43,229 nt of DNA, from positions 1-43,229 of the forward strand of contig JAGOXX010000001.1 in the NCBI GenBank assembly GCA_018059485.1. Reading direction: 5' to 3'. The notes under the pieces were generated by a model. It searched no databases, had not been told where the DNA came from, and saw nothing but the letters and a program-made list of their open reading frames with translations. Below, in pieces: positions 6,750 through 17,108 of this stretch. Positions within the stretch are counted from its first letter, which is position 1; the number at the start of each line of letters is the position of its first letter. This stretch comes from Aeromonadaceae bacterium. Lineage in GTDB: Bacteria > Pseudomonadota > Gammaproteobacteria > Enterobacterales > Aeromonadaceae. Made by a program: the position numbers and the translations under genes.

Positions 6750-8507
6750 TTGCCTATGACAATGAACTTACGCACCAAAGCACGTCTATGGTTGATGCTG
6801 TTGTTCATGCTGCCACTGGGATTTTATATAACACTCAACCACTGGGGCCAATCAACACCGGAGCTAGAAGCCGGAGTACTGCAGGCTCTGCTGCAAGATT
6901 ACCAACGACTGAATCAGCAACAACTAATATTGGCGACTCATAATACCCGTTTGAACCAACCATTGCCGCCCGAATTTAGCGCCTATTGGCAAAAAACGGG
7001 GGAGAGTTGGCAAGGTAGTCGACGGCTACCCTATTTGGATGATGCGGATTGTCGCCCCGCCCCAGGTGGATTTTTTACTCAGGGAACCACCCATAGTGTA
7101 CAGCTCTATCTGTGCGTTGATGAGGGCTCCCAGCAACGCCTGTTCTTGCTGCAGCTATCGACACTGTTCAACCAACCGATGGCACACCCCGAGCTAAGAG
7201 TGGGGCTAGTGGCTCCGGACAAAAAACTGCTGCTGCAACCGGACCCGAAAAAGGGCGTCCCAGCAGTGGCCCCCATCCAAGCAGGCTCACCTCTGATCCA
7301 GCTGTTGACCCAACCTTCCGGCTTCATCAACGATGGTGAGCAAGATGTCGCCTGGCTAACCACCGAATACGGCTGGCGACTGCTACTGATGCAACCGCAT
7401 GAGAGCCTTCTCCATTCCGGATACTCCGGCATGATTCTGATCGTGACCCTATTATTCTGTCTACTGCTGAGCTGGTTCATCCCGCTGTGGGTAAAAAGCT
7501 TCATCTATCGTCGATTTGCTTATCTGACCAAGGCTGCCGCCAAGATAGCATTGGGGGATTATTCAGGGCACTTGCCCACAGAACAGCAAGATGAATTGAA
7601 ACTGTTCCATCAGGTGTTTAACCGCATGCTAGATGTCATCCAGCATCAGAAACAACAATTGCGCGAACAGAATCAGCAACTGCAAGCCAGCAATCTGACG
7701 CTCAAAGAGACCCTGGATACAGTGCAAAGCATGCAGAGCGAACGCTTTGTCACCGCCAATAACCTGCTGCAAAACACCGAGTTGCAGATACTGCGTCAGG
7801 CTCTGAAACTACCGTTGCAACAGCTGGATGAGCACTATCGACTGTTGCTAAACCACGTTAAACAGTTAAATGAGCTGATCCATCAGACCGCCATGGATCG
7901 CCGCCTACTCAGAGAGGTGAGTCAGGAGTGTATTCCTCTGTTCATCGAAATCGAAAGCCACATGGGGCAGGCCAAGCGATTGCTCCAATCCAATGTCACG
8001 GAAAAGGGGGAACTCGGAGAGAAACAACTCTTCGCATTGCAGCCATTGCTGCAAAGCAGCGTGCAGCACCTGATGGCACAAGGCCACGCGCAAGAGCACC
8101 ACATCTATCTGCGCTGCCCATCCACCATTGAACTTGATAGTTATCCCCTGGCACTGGGTCAGGTGATCAATAATCTGGTGAGCAACTCATTGCGCCACGG
8201 ATTCAAACCCGGCATGAGTGGCGAAATCATCATCAGCGCCAAACAGGAGGGCCAGCAGGTGATTCTGACCTACCGAGACAATGGCATCGGTATTGATGAA
8301 CAGATGCAATCCAAGCTATTTCAACCATTTTTCACGGCTGATAGTGCCAACAGCGGCAACAGCCTGGGGCTCTACCTGACCAAGCAGTTGGTCCAAAAAC
8401 TGCTCCAGGGATCCATCCATTACCAGCCAATGGAGAGCCAGGGAGCCTGTTTTATCATCACGCTCCCCCTTGGTAATGTGCCAATCCGAGACAGCGCGGC
8501 GGTTTAA
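6750..8507 (+). CDS. Membrane sensor with HAMP and HATPase domains, lacking the H-box histidine (probable pseudo-histidine kinase)
   Basis: Two TM segments, HAMP, coiled coil, N-box NNLVSNSLRHGF, DNGIGI, FQPFFT. The H-box position reads LRQALKLPL and G2 reads GNSLGL. Confidence 0.75.
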   Translation: MPMTMNLRTKARLWLMLLFMLPLGFYITLNHWGQSTPELEAGVLQALLQDYQRLNQQQLILATHNTRLNQPLPPEFSAYWQKTGESWQGSRRLPYLDDADCRPAPGGFFTQGTTHSVQLYLCVDEGSQQRLFLLQLSTLFNQPMAHPELRVGLVAPDKKLLLQPDPKKGVPAVAPIQAGSPLIQLLTQPSGFINDGEQDVAWLTTEYGWRLLLMQPHESLLHSGYSGMILIVTLLFCLLLSWFIPLWVKSFIYRRFAYLTKAAAKIALGDYSGHLPTEQQDELKLFHQVFNRMLDVIQHQKQQLREQNQQLQASNLTLKETLDTVQSMQSERFVTANNLLQNTELQILRQALKLPLQQLDEHYRLLLNHVKQLNELIHQTAMDRRLLREVSQECIPLFIEIESHMGQAKRLLQSNVTEKGELGEKQLFALQPLLQSSVQHLMAQGHAQEHHIYLRCPSTIELDSYPLALGQVINNLVSNSLRHGFKPGMSGEIIISAKQEGQQVILTYRDNGIGIDEQMQSKLFQPFFTADSANSGNSLGLYLTKQLVQKLLQGSIHYQPMESQGACFIITLPLGNVPIRDSAAV

Positions 8508-8511
8508 CCCG

Positions 8512-9270
8512 TCAGACCGGATTGTCGATATCGACAAACGTAACGTCCAACCCCTGTGTCGTCACCAACCAGTCACCCAACGCGCGGATGCCATAGCGTT
8601 CGGTGGCGTGATGACCCGCCGCGAAGAAGTGAATGCCCATCTCCCGCGCCACATGGACCGTCTGCTCGGATGCTTCGCCCGTGAAAAAGGCATCGAGGCC
8701 CTGCTCCGCAGCCAGGTTGATATAGCTCTGACCTCCTCCACTGCACCAGCCAATGCGACGGATCACATCGCTAGCATTTCCAGGACAATACAGCGGCGCG
8801 CGTCCCAGCCGCGCGGCCAGCCGTTCGGCAAACTCTTCGCCACTAAGCGGCACATCCAACTCACCGACTAACCCCAGGCTGCGAGGATTATCGGCCTCAA
8901 GGGTGCGCAGCACGGAGATCCCAAGCAGCGAGGCCAATTGCGCATTGTTGCCCAGCAGCGGATGGGCATCGAGAGGAAGATGGTAGGAATACAGGTTGAT
9001 ATCATGTTGCAACAGGGTCTGCAGACGACGCTTCTTCATGCCCCTAATCTGGGCCGGCTCATTACCCCAAAAATAGCCATGGTGTACCAGCACAGCATCC
9101 GCTTGCAGCCGCACAGCCTCATCCAGCAGTGCTTGACTGGCCGTTACCCCGGTCACGATATGCTGAACATCCGGTCGCCCTTCAACCTGCAAGCCATTCG
9201 GGCTGTAATCCTTGAATTGCCGACTCTCCAGCAGTTCGTCCAAACATGTTTCCAGTTGCAGGTGATTCAT
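8512..9270 (-). CDS. ybgI: Nif3-like dinuclear metal centre protein (YbgI)
   Basis: DYSPNGLQVEG, VHHGYFW, YHLPLDAHP, GHHATERYG. Confidence 0.92.
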   Translation of the reverse strand: MNHLQLETCLDELLESRQFKDYSPNGLQVEGRPDVQHIVTGVTASQALLDEAVRLQADAVLVHHGYFWGNEPAQIRGMKKRRLQTLLQHDINLYSYHLPLDAHPLLGNNAQLASLLGISVLRTLEADNPRSLGLVGELDVPLSGEEFAERLAARLGRAPLYCPGNASDVIRRIGWCSGGGQSYINLAAEQGLDAFFTGEASEQTVHVAREMGIHFFAAGHHATERYGIRALGDWLVTTQGLDVTFVDIDNPV

Positions 9271-9319
9271 CGCATCCCCCTAGTTGTCATTGATGTTCAG
9301 CGCAAAAACTAGTCACCAC

Positions 9320-9351
9320 AAAAACAAAGAGGTGAAAAATCACCTCTTTGT
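9320..9351 (-). terminator. Intrinsic terminator after dedD
   Basis: ACAAAGAGGTGA-AAAA-TCACCTCTTTGT with a T-run on the minus strand. Confidence 0.75.
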
Positions 9352-9391
9352 GCGTCTCTAGCTACAGAGATTATTCGGAACCTCGCTACCA

Positions 9392-10270
9392 CTAGCCGAG
9401 CGGACTGTAGGCTACCACCTTGGCCGAGGTCCCGGCGATCTGGCTGACGCGAGGAACCATACTATCGAGTTTAGCGCGCGACACGTTCGGACCAACGCTG
9501 ACCCGGTAAAGCAGAGTGCCGCCACTGCGGAACGAGCTGACGTTGGCGGGTAAACCACCGGCACGCAACTTACCCACCAGGGCATTGGCATTCACACTGC
9601 TGGAGAAAACCCCTGCCTGGATCACCCAGGCGGTACCGCTGGTGGTTGCCGTTTTGCTCGGTGTGGAAGGCTTGGGTTGCGTCACAGGCTGGACCTTGCC
9701 GGCCGTCGATGTGGATTGAACCCCGGCAACTTCGGCAAATGGCTTTACCTGACCCGCTTGCAATGTGGGCTGTACCGGTTTGACCGCCGTTGGTTTGGTT
9801 TCGGCAGGCTTACTGACCTCAGACTTGGCCACTGGCTTTTCTACAGTTTGCGCACTCGGGGTAGCCGCAGGCTTGGTTGCTGCTGGATTATTGGCCACGA
9901 CAACAGGTTTGGCTGCTGTTGAGTCACCAGCCACGACACTACCTGGTGTCGCAACCACAACTTGCCCAGCCGGAGCCGGCCCCGTGGTCACAGTCGGAGC
10001 AACTTCAGCCACCGACCACTGCTCATCAGCTGCCGATGCGTTATTGCTGACCACCACCCCTTCAGGCACAGCACCACTCACCACACCCTGGGTCGTCGTG
10101 GCGGCGGAGACCACGGGTAACGGGGCAGCCGCTTCTGGCCGCAGCGGAATGCTGGCAATTGGATCATGATGGTTCGACCGCTTGCCGCTCAATAGATCCG
10201 GCAAAAAAATCACGCCCAACGAAACCAGAATTACGGTTCCAATGAGTCGATTCTGAAATTGAGTGGCCAC
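9392..10270 (-). CDS. dedD: Cell division SPOR-domain protein DedD
   Basis: MATQFQNRLIGTVILVSLGVIFLP N-terminus, Pro/Ala/Thr-rich linker, C-terminal SPOR domain; follows folC. Confidence 0.9.
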   Translation of the reverse strand: MATQFQNRLIGTVILVSLGVIFLPDLLSGKRSNHHDPIASIPLRPEAAAPLPVVSAATTTQGVVSGAVPEGVVVSNNASAADEQWSVAEVAPTVTTGPAPAGQVVVATPGSVVAGDSTAAKPVVVANNPAATKPAATPSAQTVEKPVAKSEVSKPAETKPTAVKPVQPTLQAGQVKPFAEVAGVQSTSTAGKVQPVTQPKPSTPSKTATTSGTAWVIQAGVFSSSVNANALVGKLRAGGLPANVSSFRSGGTLLYRVSVGPNVSRAKLDSMVPRVSQIAGTSAKVVAYSPLG

Positions 10271-10279
10271 GTTAACTCC

Positions 10280-11542
10280 CTATTTACTATTCAGCTCTTC
10301 TGCCATTGCCTCGGCAACGGTATGAAAAGAACCCAATACGATAATTTCATCCTGTTCCTGAGCCGTCGCCAGGGCCTCCCGATAGGCATCCGCCACAGAG
10401 GCATAGCAATGCCGTGCCGACTCACTGGGCAAGACGGCAGACAACTCCTGAGCCAGAGCTGCGCGCGCACCATGCAGATCGGCGAGAAACCAGAGATCAA
10501 CCAATTCGACAAGCTCGCCGAGGGTCTGGCGAATATCCTTGTCCTTGAGCATACCGGCAACCGCCAAGCGGCGTCCAACCTTGCCTCGAGCAGCTAGCTG
10601 ACGAGCCAGATAGTGCGCAGAGTGAGGATTGTGTGCCACATCCAGCGTGACCTGTGGCTGAGTACGCAGCAATTGCATGCGTCCAGCCAAACGAGCCCCG
10701 GCCAAGCCGGTTCGAATGGCCGCACTATCGATCGGCAGCGACAACTGTTCGACCACAGCCAGGGCCGTCACGGCATTATCCAGCGGTAGCTCAGGATAGG
10801 GCAACTCCCGCCACTGCTGACGTGCCCCCTGAAAATGCCAGACTGCCTCTGCTTCGTGGCGACGAAAATCGGCACCCACCTGCAGCAATTTGGCACCAAT
10901 AGCCTGAGCCGTCTGCGCCAACGTCACTGGCGGATTGGGCTCGCCGCTAATGGCAGGTTTCCCCGGGCGATAGATGCCAGCCTTTTCGCTGGCAATTGCC
11001 TCTCGGGTATCCCCCAGCCAGTCACAGTGATCAAGAGCTATGCTGGTGACCACCGCCAGATCCGACTCAACCAGATTAGTCGCATCCAGCCGACCGCCCA
11101 GTCCGACCTCCAGCAAGACCAGATCCGGTGCAGCCGCGCGAAACAACCAGAGCGCCGCCAGAGTGCCAAACTCGAAGAAGGTCAGAGAGACCTCTCCTCG
11201 CGCCGCCTCAACAGCCGCAAACGCCTGACAGAGCTCCGCATCGGAGGCATCCTGCCCCTGGATCCGTACCCGTTCGTTGTAGCGCAGCAGATGGGGTGAT
11301 GAATAGACACCCACTCGGTAACCGGCCGCCCGATAGATGGCCTCCAGCAGGGCACAGGTAGTCCCCTTGCCATTGGTGCCACCAACGGTTACTACGGTCG
11401 CCGGTAACTGACGCAGTCCCAGACGATCGGCCACCAGGCCGACTCGATGCAAGCCCAGGTCGATGACCGACGGGTGTATCTTTTCTAAATAAGAAAGCCA
11501 GTCAGACAATGACTGGCTTTGCGCCATAACGGATTGCGACAT
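10280..11542 (-). CDS. folC: Dihydrofolate/folylpolyglutamate synthase
   Basis: GTNGKGTT, EVGLGGRLDATN, DVAHNP. The start codon is uncertain (11554, 11542 or 11527). Confidence 0.95.
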   Translation of the reverse strand: MSQSVMAQSQSLSDWLSYLEKIHPSVIDLGLHRVGLVADRLGLRQLPATVVTVGGTNGKGTTCALLEAIYRAAGYRVGVYSSPHLLRYNERVRIQGQDASDAELCQAFAAVEAARGEVSLTFFEFGTLAALWLFRAAAPDLVLLEVGLGGRLDATNLVESDLAVVTSIALDHCDWLGDTREAIASEKAGIYRPGKPAISGEPNPPVTLAQTAQAIGAKLLQVGADFRRHEAEAVWHFQGARQQWRELPYPELPLDNAVTALAVVEQLSLPIDSAAIRTGLAGARLAGRMQLLRTQPQVTLDVAHNPHSAHYLARQLAARGKVGRRLAVAGMLKDKDIRQTLGELVELVDLWFLADLHGARAALAQELSAVLPSESARHCYASVADAYREALATAQEQDEIIVLGSFHTVAEAMAEELNSK

Positions 11543-11555
11543 GAGCTGACTCAAA

Positions 11556-12413
11556 TCAGTCCTCTAACACCGAAAGGTGCATCAACTTGGCAATCAGACC
11601 CGCCAATCGATCACGCATGTCACGGCGATCGATGATCAGATCGATGGCCCCTTTTTCCAGCAGGAATTCAGAGCGCTGGAAGCCTTCTGGCAGCTTCTCG
11701 CGAACGGTCTGCTCGATGACGCGCGGACCGGCAAAACCAATCAATGCCTTCGGCTCACCGACGTTGATATCACCGAGCATCGCCAGGCTGGCAGAGACAC
11801 CACCCATAGTCGGGTCAGTCAGCACGGAGATGTAAGGCAAGCCTTCACTGCTCAACCGCTCCAGTGCAGCGCTGGTTTTGGCCATCTGCATCAGGGAGAA
11901 CAGAGCCTCCTGCATCCGGGCACCACCCGAGGTCGAAAAGCAGATCAGCGCACGACGCTCTTTGATGCAGGCTTCCACGGCTCGGACAAAACGGGCACCC
12001 ACCACGGAGGCCATCGAGCCCCCCATGAAGGAAAATTCAAATGCACAAGCCACAACCGGAATGCCTTTGACCTGCCCCTTCATGACGACCAGCGCATCTT
12101 TCTCGTTGGTCTCTTTTTGTGCGGCAACCAGGCGATCCTTATAACGCTTGGAGTCCTTGAACTTCAGCGCATCTTGCGGCTCCAGTTCAGCCCCCAGCTC
12201 AAGGCGATGATCCGCATCCAGGAAACGATTCAGACGATCGCGAGCACCAATCCGCATGTGGTGACTGCACTTCGGACAGACATGCAAATTACGCTCAACT
12301 TCAGCTCGGTACAGAACCTGCTCACAACCATCACACTTGGTCCACACCCCTTCCGGAATGTTATGACGGCGGGCGTTATCGCTCTTCGGGAGAATTTTTT
12401 CTAGCCAGCTCAT
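11556..12413 (-). CDS. accD: Acetyl-CoA carboxylase carboxyltransferase beta subunit
   Basis: C4 zinc finger (CDGC...CPKC), [19 protein letters not shown]. Confidence 0.97.
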   Translation of the reverse strand: MSWLEKILPKSDNARRHNIPEGVWTKCDGCEQVLYRAEVERNLHVCPKCSHHMRIGARDRLNRFLDADHRLELGAELEPQDALKFKDSKRYKDRLVAAQKETNEKDALVVMKGQVKGIPVVACAFEFSFMGGSMASVVGARFVRAVEACIKERRALICFSTSGGARMQEALFSLMQMAKTSAALERLSSEGLPYISVLTDPTMGGVSASLAMLGDINVGEPKALIGFAGPRVIEQTVREKLPEGFQRSEFLLEKGAIDLIIDRRDMRDRLAGLIAKLMHLSVLED

Positions 12414-12522
12414 GAAATACCTTTATTTCATTATCCAGGGAGTGTCGCGTCGTTTATCGCAGACAAACGCAACGCAGCATCGGCACATGACCGAGCATTT
12501 AAGCACAAATATTACGTGTTGT

Positions 12523-13335
12523 TTACTTAAAACTGGTCGTACCCGGTTCGCAATCCGGTAACCAAAGCGGCCCCAGCGGCATCCGCGGTAACCCAAAGTG
12601 GTCCGGATATGTGACATCAACCAGGTAGAGACCACCCGCTTTGGCAGTGGCCCCTGCTACATCACGATTCCGCGCAGCCAACACCTCGGCGACCCAGCTC
12701 TCCGGCCGATTCCCCATACCGACCTCCAGCAAAGAGCCGGTGATATTGCGCACCATATGGTGCAAAAAGGCATTCGCCCGAATATCTAGGATCACATAGG
12801 CCCCCTGCCGCGACACCGCCAGATGAGTGATGTTACGCCACGGGGTCTTGGACTGGCACTGCACAGCCCGAAATGAGGTGAAATCCTGCTCTCCGAGCAG
12901 ACACTGGCCAGCACTGTGCATCAACTGGGCATCCAGATCACCGTGATAGTGGCTGATGCCAGCCGACAGAATAGCCGGACGCAGGTTCGAATTCAGGATG
13001 ATGTAGCGATAACGGCGCGCCGTAGCCGAGAAACGGGCATGAAAATCATCCGCTACCGGATGAGCCCAACGAACCGCAATATCGGCCGGAAGATTGGAGT
13101 TAACACCTAGGGTCCATGCCGACATCTTCCGCTCGGAATGGGTATCAAAATGAATCACCTGGCCGGTGGCATGGACTCCGGCATCGGTGCGTCCGGCACA
13201 CTGGATCTCAACCGGATGGTTGGCAATGGTCGACAACACCCGCTCCAGTTCCGCCTGGATACTGTTCACTTCGCGCTGCCGCTGCCAGCCGAAATATCGG
13301 CTGCCATCATATTCGATGCCCATGGCAATACGCAT
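12523..13335 (-). CDS. truA: tRNA pseudouridine(38-40) synthase
   Basis: [33 protein letters not shown]. Confidence 0.97.
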   Translation of the reverse strand: MRIAMGIEYDGSRYFGWQRQREVNSIQAELERVLSTIANHPVEIQCAGRTDAGVHATGQVIHFDTHSERKMSAWTLGVNSNLPADIAVRWAHPVADDFHARFSATARRYRYIILNSNLRPAILSAGISHYHGDLDAQLMHSAGQCLLGEQDFTSFRAVQCQSKTPWRNITHLAVSRQGAYVILDIRANAFLHHMVRNITGSLLEVGMGNRPESWVAEVLAARNRDVAGATAKAGGLYLVDVTYPDHFGLPRMPLGPLWLPDCEPGTTSFK

Positions 13336-13386
13336 GATTGTTCCCCTACTGCGTGATTTCGGCGGCGATTATACGAAATGCGCACC

Positions 13387-13419
13387 AAAAAAGAAGCGGT
13401 GGCTCGAGAGCCACCGCTT
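13387..13419 (-). terminator. Intrinsic terminator after fimV
   Basis: AAGCGGTGGCT-CGAG-AGCCACCGCTT with a T-tract on the minus strand. Confidence 0.75.
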
Positions 13420-13436
13420 GCCTGGTTCCGATGACC

Positions 13437-15869
13437 TTAGGCCAACCGCTTGAGCAGCCGTTGAGCCTCATCTTTTTGCACGCTTGAGCCGGAGGCCAAC
13501 ACTTCGTTGAGCAGTTCAACCGCACTAGCCTTGTCATCGATCTCCAGATAGGCCCGAGCCAGATCCAGTTTGGCACCCAGTTCACTATCCAGATCGACAT
13601 CAACCCCCTCGCCAGTTGGCAATACCTCGGGGAATTCATCGAGGCCAACATCCAAGGAGAGTCCCTGATAGGGTTCATCCTTCTCGGAGGACTCTTCCGC
13701 CTCGGCCAGCAACTCATCGATCGCCTTGAATGAGGGCTGGCTCGCGGACGCAGACTGGGCCAGTAAGGCATCGATGTCATCCGCGGCGACGGGGGCACTC
13801 AGATCAACGATTGGTTCTTCGTTATACCAATCAGCCACCGGAGCATCTTCTTCTGCAGCACGCAGAGGCTCGGCATGGGCTGCGCCCCTGTGCTCTAACT
13901 CGTGGCTGAGCTCTTCCAAGCTGGCATCCAGAGCCACATCATCGCTTTCCAGCTCTTCAGATTCACTTTCCAGCGAGGCAACAAGCTCCGCATCAGACTC
14001 TTTGCCGTCAACCGGCGCAAAGGGCTCATCCTCTAACTCATCGGCGCTGTCAAATAGAGCTTCGAGCTCATCATTGGAGAGATTGACCTCTTCTCGTGGC
14101 TCAAAGTGTTCATCGGTCACAGCGACGGCATCAGGCACCAGGGGGTGGCTCTCCGCGACCATGGCATCTGTGACGACAGGCTGGCTCTGTGTCTCACTGA
14201 CACCCAGCTCAGAGAGGAACTCTGACTCATCCAGCGGTTCGTTGAAATCGGCTGGCCACGCCGGCTCCGACTGCTCTTGCGCCGTCGGCACCGACAGATC
14301 GAGATCACTCTCGCTCAATTCAGGAACCAGCTCCGAATCCATGGAACTGGTCGTCTTGGCGCTCTCATTCAGGGCGAACGATGTCGGAATTGTGAAGGCA
14401 GGCTCTTTGCGTTCACTCAACACAATCTCCGGCTGCGGTTGTACCGTCTCATCCAGCTGATCCAGATCAGGCAAATCAGACATGGCCACCATGTCCGCCG
14501 CCAGCAAGTGATCAAAATGAGAGTCACCATGAGCCATCATCATCTCGGCCGATTCGGCATCTTCTAGCTCACGAGCAGCCTGATCACGCTTGCTACGAGC
14601 CATCAACCAAAGGCTGACCAGAGCCAGTGCCAGCAGGAAGGGAAGCGCCAGCATGAGACCAAGATTCAATGGGGTAGAAACCAATTGGCTCCAGAAGCCC
14701 TCCTCGCTGGCAGCAGGTTCTGCGTCTGCGCTTTGAGCTTCAGATGGCGTGCTGACTGCAGCCGGACTGGCTGCTTGCGCTGCCGAAACCTGACTCGTCA
14801 GAAGGGCCTTGAGCTGAGCCACATCCTGAGTCAATTGACTGACTTGAGACTCCAACTGGCCATTGGACTTGGTCAGCTCATCAATTTTGCCCTGATAGGC
14901 TTGCTGCCAGTTGGGGTCGGTTGCAGAAACAGCCCCGGAGGTAGCTGATGCGACCAGTGCGCTGACGGAGGCGTCAACGCTAGTTTGAGCCGAGGAGGTC
15001 GGTTGCGCCATGCTAGCAGCCAGAGGTTCGCTCTGGATGACTAGCTTGTTACTGACGACATCCTCTTGCTGTGGAGCAACCGTCGCCACAGGGGAAGAAA
15101 CCGGCTCGGCAGCGGTAGCCGCTGGTTCAGGCGCGGATACCCCCGGGTTGGTAGGCGTCAATTTGACAACCGGCTTGGCAGCTTCTTGTGTCGGCGCTGG
15201 CTCAACTGCTGATTCGGCCGACGGTGATAGCTTGATGACCCGGGTGGCCTTCGGCGTGGCAGAGTTTGTCGCATCCACCACTGTCGATGTGGTCGCCGGT
15301 TTGGTCGGAGTACGGGCAGTCAGCGTCAGACGGCCATTGCGCATCAACTGCTGTGCCTGAGCTTCGCTCTCGGCGCGGATCTGCTCTTGAGTAGGCAACG
15401 TCAGACGAGCCCCCCGATAGAGACCGTTGAGCTTGCCGCCTGCAAAGGCTTGCGGATTTTTGCGATAGATGGCCAGCATGGTCTGATGAACCGAGACCTG
15501 GCTGCTAGGGCGAACCTGCTGGGCAATCGACCAGAGAGTATCGTTATTCTTGACCGGGCCATAAACGCCGGCTGAAGCGCTATCGTCTACAACGGCGGCT
15601 TCAACGAAGGGCTCAGGAACGCCGACCTTCATCGTCGGCTTGGCTCGCTTCACCACTGGTTTAGCTCGCGCCGGTGCAGACTCAACCTGACTCTTCACTG
15701 GCGCCGCCATCGGCTGCGTGGTCTCGGGCACCATGAGAGTCGGAGCGGTTTTATCCGGCCCCTTGATCTCGATGTAAAACTCATCGAGCTGCTCGGCCGC
15801 ATGGAGCGGAGCCACCAACTGCATCGAGAGAGCAACAGCTAACGCCAGACGGGAGAAGTGCAGTCCCAT
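13437..15869 (-). CDS. fimV: FimV/HubP polar landmark protein
   Basis: Signal peptide from MGLHFS (15869), LysM (DTLWSIA), TM segment, acidic cytoplasmic region, C-terminal KLDLARAYLEIDD. Confidence 0.9.
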   Translation of the reverse strand: MGLHFSRLALAVALSMQLVAPLHAAEQLDEFYIEIKGPDKTAPTLMVPETTQPMAAPVKSQVESAPARAKPVVKRAKPTMKVGVPEPFVEAAVVDDSASAGVYGPVKNNDTLWSIAQQVRPSSQVSVHQTMLAIYRKNPQAFAGGKLNGLYRGARLTLPTQEQIRAESEAQAQQLMRNGRLTLTARTPTKPATTSTVVDATNSATPKATRVIKLSPSAESAVEPAPTQEAAKPVVKLTPTNPGVSAPEPAATAAEPVSSPVATVAPQQEDVVSNKLVIQSEPLAASMAQPTSSAQTSVDASVSALVASATSGAVSATDPNWQQAYQGKIDELTKSNGQLESQVSQLTQDVAQLKALLTSQVSAAQAASPAAVSTPSEAQSADAEPAASEEGFWSQLVSTPLNLGLMLALPFLLALALVSLWLMARSKRDQAARELEDAESAEMMMAHGDSHFDHLLAADMVAMSDLPDLDQLDETVQPQPEIVLSERKEPAFTIPTSFALNESAKTTSSMDSELVPELSESDLDLSVPTAQEQSEPAWPADFNEPLDESEFLSELGVSETQSQPVVTDAMVAESHPLVPDAVAVTDEHFEPREEVNLSNDELEALFDSADELEDEPFAPVDGKESDAELVASLESESEELESDDVALDASLEELSHELEHRGAAHAEPLRAAEEDAPVADWYNEEPIVDLSAPVAADDIDALLAQSASASQPSFKAIDELLAEAEESSEKDEPYQGLSLDVGLDEFPEVLPTGEGVDVDLDSELGAKLDLARAYLEIDDKASAVELLNEVLASGSSVQKDEAQRLLKRLA

Positions 15870-16054
15870 AATCGTTCCTTCGTGATTAGGCCTAACATGA
15901 AGAAGGCTAAGGCAGAGAGCGCCAATATAAAACACACCCTCGACTCATACCAGCACGATACGGAGGGCGCATTACTCCCACAAGTCTAGGAAAATTTTGA
16001 TTTGATTGATATTTCCCTCTGCAAGACGGGCCGCTGATTGCGGCCCGTGTCACA

Positions 16055-17065
16055 TCACAGATAATCGTGGATCAGACTTTCGGCTATTTGCAGGCAATTG
16101 AGTGCCCCGCCTTTGCGGATGTTGTCCGCGACCAGCCAGAAGTCAAAGCCCCGGGGATGAGAGTTGTCCTGCCGCAAACGAGAGACAAAGACCCCCTCTT
16201 GCCCAGCACCATGAGTCACAGGGGTCACTGGCTCATCCTCAATCAGGGTCACTCCTGGCGCGGCGGCCAATACTCGCCGGATCTCTTCGCGATCACAGCC
16301 ATGCTGGGTCTCCAGATGCACCACTTGGCTATGGCCGTAAAAAACCGGTACGCGGATACAGGTCGCATTGACCCGAATACTGGCATCCCCCAGCAACCGC
16401 TGGGTCTCGCTCTCCAGCCGTTTTTCTTCCAGCGTGAAACCATCCTCGGCAACCGTATCGATCTGTGGCAACAGGTTGAAGGCAATTTGGGCGTCATAGG
16501 TCTGCGCCTCCGCCGGTCGACCATTCAGCAAAGCCGCCGTCTGGCGGGCCAGCTCCTGCACACCGGCTTTGCCACTGCCGGAAACTGACTGCAGACTGAC
16601 CAGGTTGACGCGCTCAATGCCCACTTCATCGTGGATCGGTTTGAGAGCCAGCAGCAGTTCCGTCACTATGCAGGTCGGGCTGGCGACTATGTTGCGTTGA
16701 CGAAAATCAGCCAGCACCTCGCCATTGACTTCCGGGATCACCAGGGGCACTTCAAAATCATCGCGATAAAACAGGCTGTTATCGATGACCAGACAGCCTG
16801 CATCAGCAGCCTCTTGCGCCCATCGCTCGGTTGCCGCCGAACCCGCCATGAAAAAGGCAAATTGAACCTGACTCCAGTCAAAATCAGCCGCCGACTCGAC
16901 ATTCAACGCTCGTCCGGCAAAACGAACACTATCCAGTTCCCCTTCGGTGCTCACCAAGGGGTAGAGAGTAGCCACCGGAAACTCCCGCTCTTCGAGCAAC
17001 TCCAGCAAGGTTTCTCCACCGAGCGTGTCGACGCCCAAAATGGCGATATCAAAGTGCTGGCTCAT
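16055..17065 (-). CDS. Aspartate-semialdehyde dehydrogenase family protein (Usg/Asd2)
   Basis: VPLVIPEVN, SPTC, QSVSGSG, RVPVFYGHS, DNIRKGGALN; in the pdxB-usg-(fimV)-truA order. Confidence 0.88.
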   Translation of the reverse strand: MSQHFDIAILGVDTLGGETLLELLEEREFPVATLYPLVSTEGELDSVRFAGRALNVESAADFDWSQVQFAFFMAGSAATERWAQEAADAGCLVIDNSLFYRDDFEVPLVIPEVNGEVLADFRQRNIVASPTCIVTELLLALKPIHDEVGIERVNLVSLQSVSGSGKAGVQELARQTAALLNGRPAEAQTYDAQIAFNLLPQIDTVAEDGFTLEEKRLESETQRLLGDASIRVNATCIRVPVFYGHSQVVHLETQHGCDREEIRRVLAAAPGVTLIEDEPVTPVTHGAGQEGVFVSRLRQDNSHPRGFDFWLVADNIRKGGALNCLQIAESLIHDYL

Positions 17066-17108
17066 TATCTAGTTCCTCATGATGTAGTGAGTCTTGTACG
17101 CAGACTCG

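Noticed and set aside
8512-9270. Signalling cluster flanked by folE and a gene often labelled GTP cyclohydrolase 1 type 2
   Set aside because: That label for YbgI/Nif3 is disputed, and there is no evidence of a functional link.
9600-10130. Low-complexity repeats in dedD (and the acidic and Pro/Ala-rich tracts in fimV)
   Set aside because: Normal disordered linkers for these families, not DNA repeat arrays.
16026-16048. GC-rich hairpin between usg/asd and fimV
   Set aside because: No U-tract and single copy; cannot be called a terminator or REP element with confidence.
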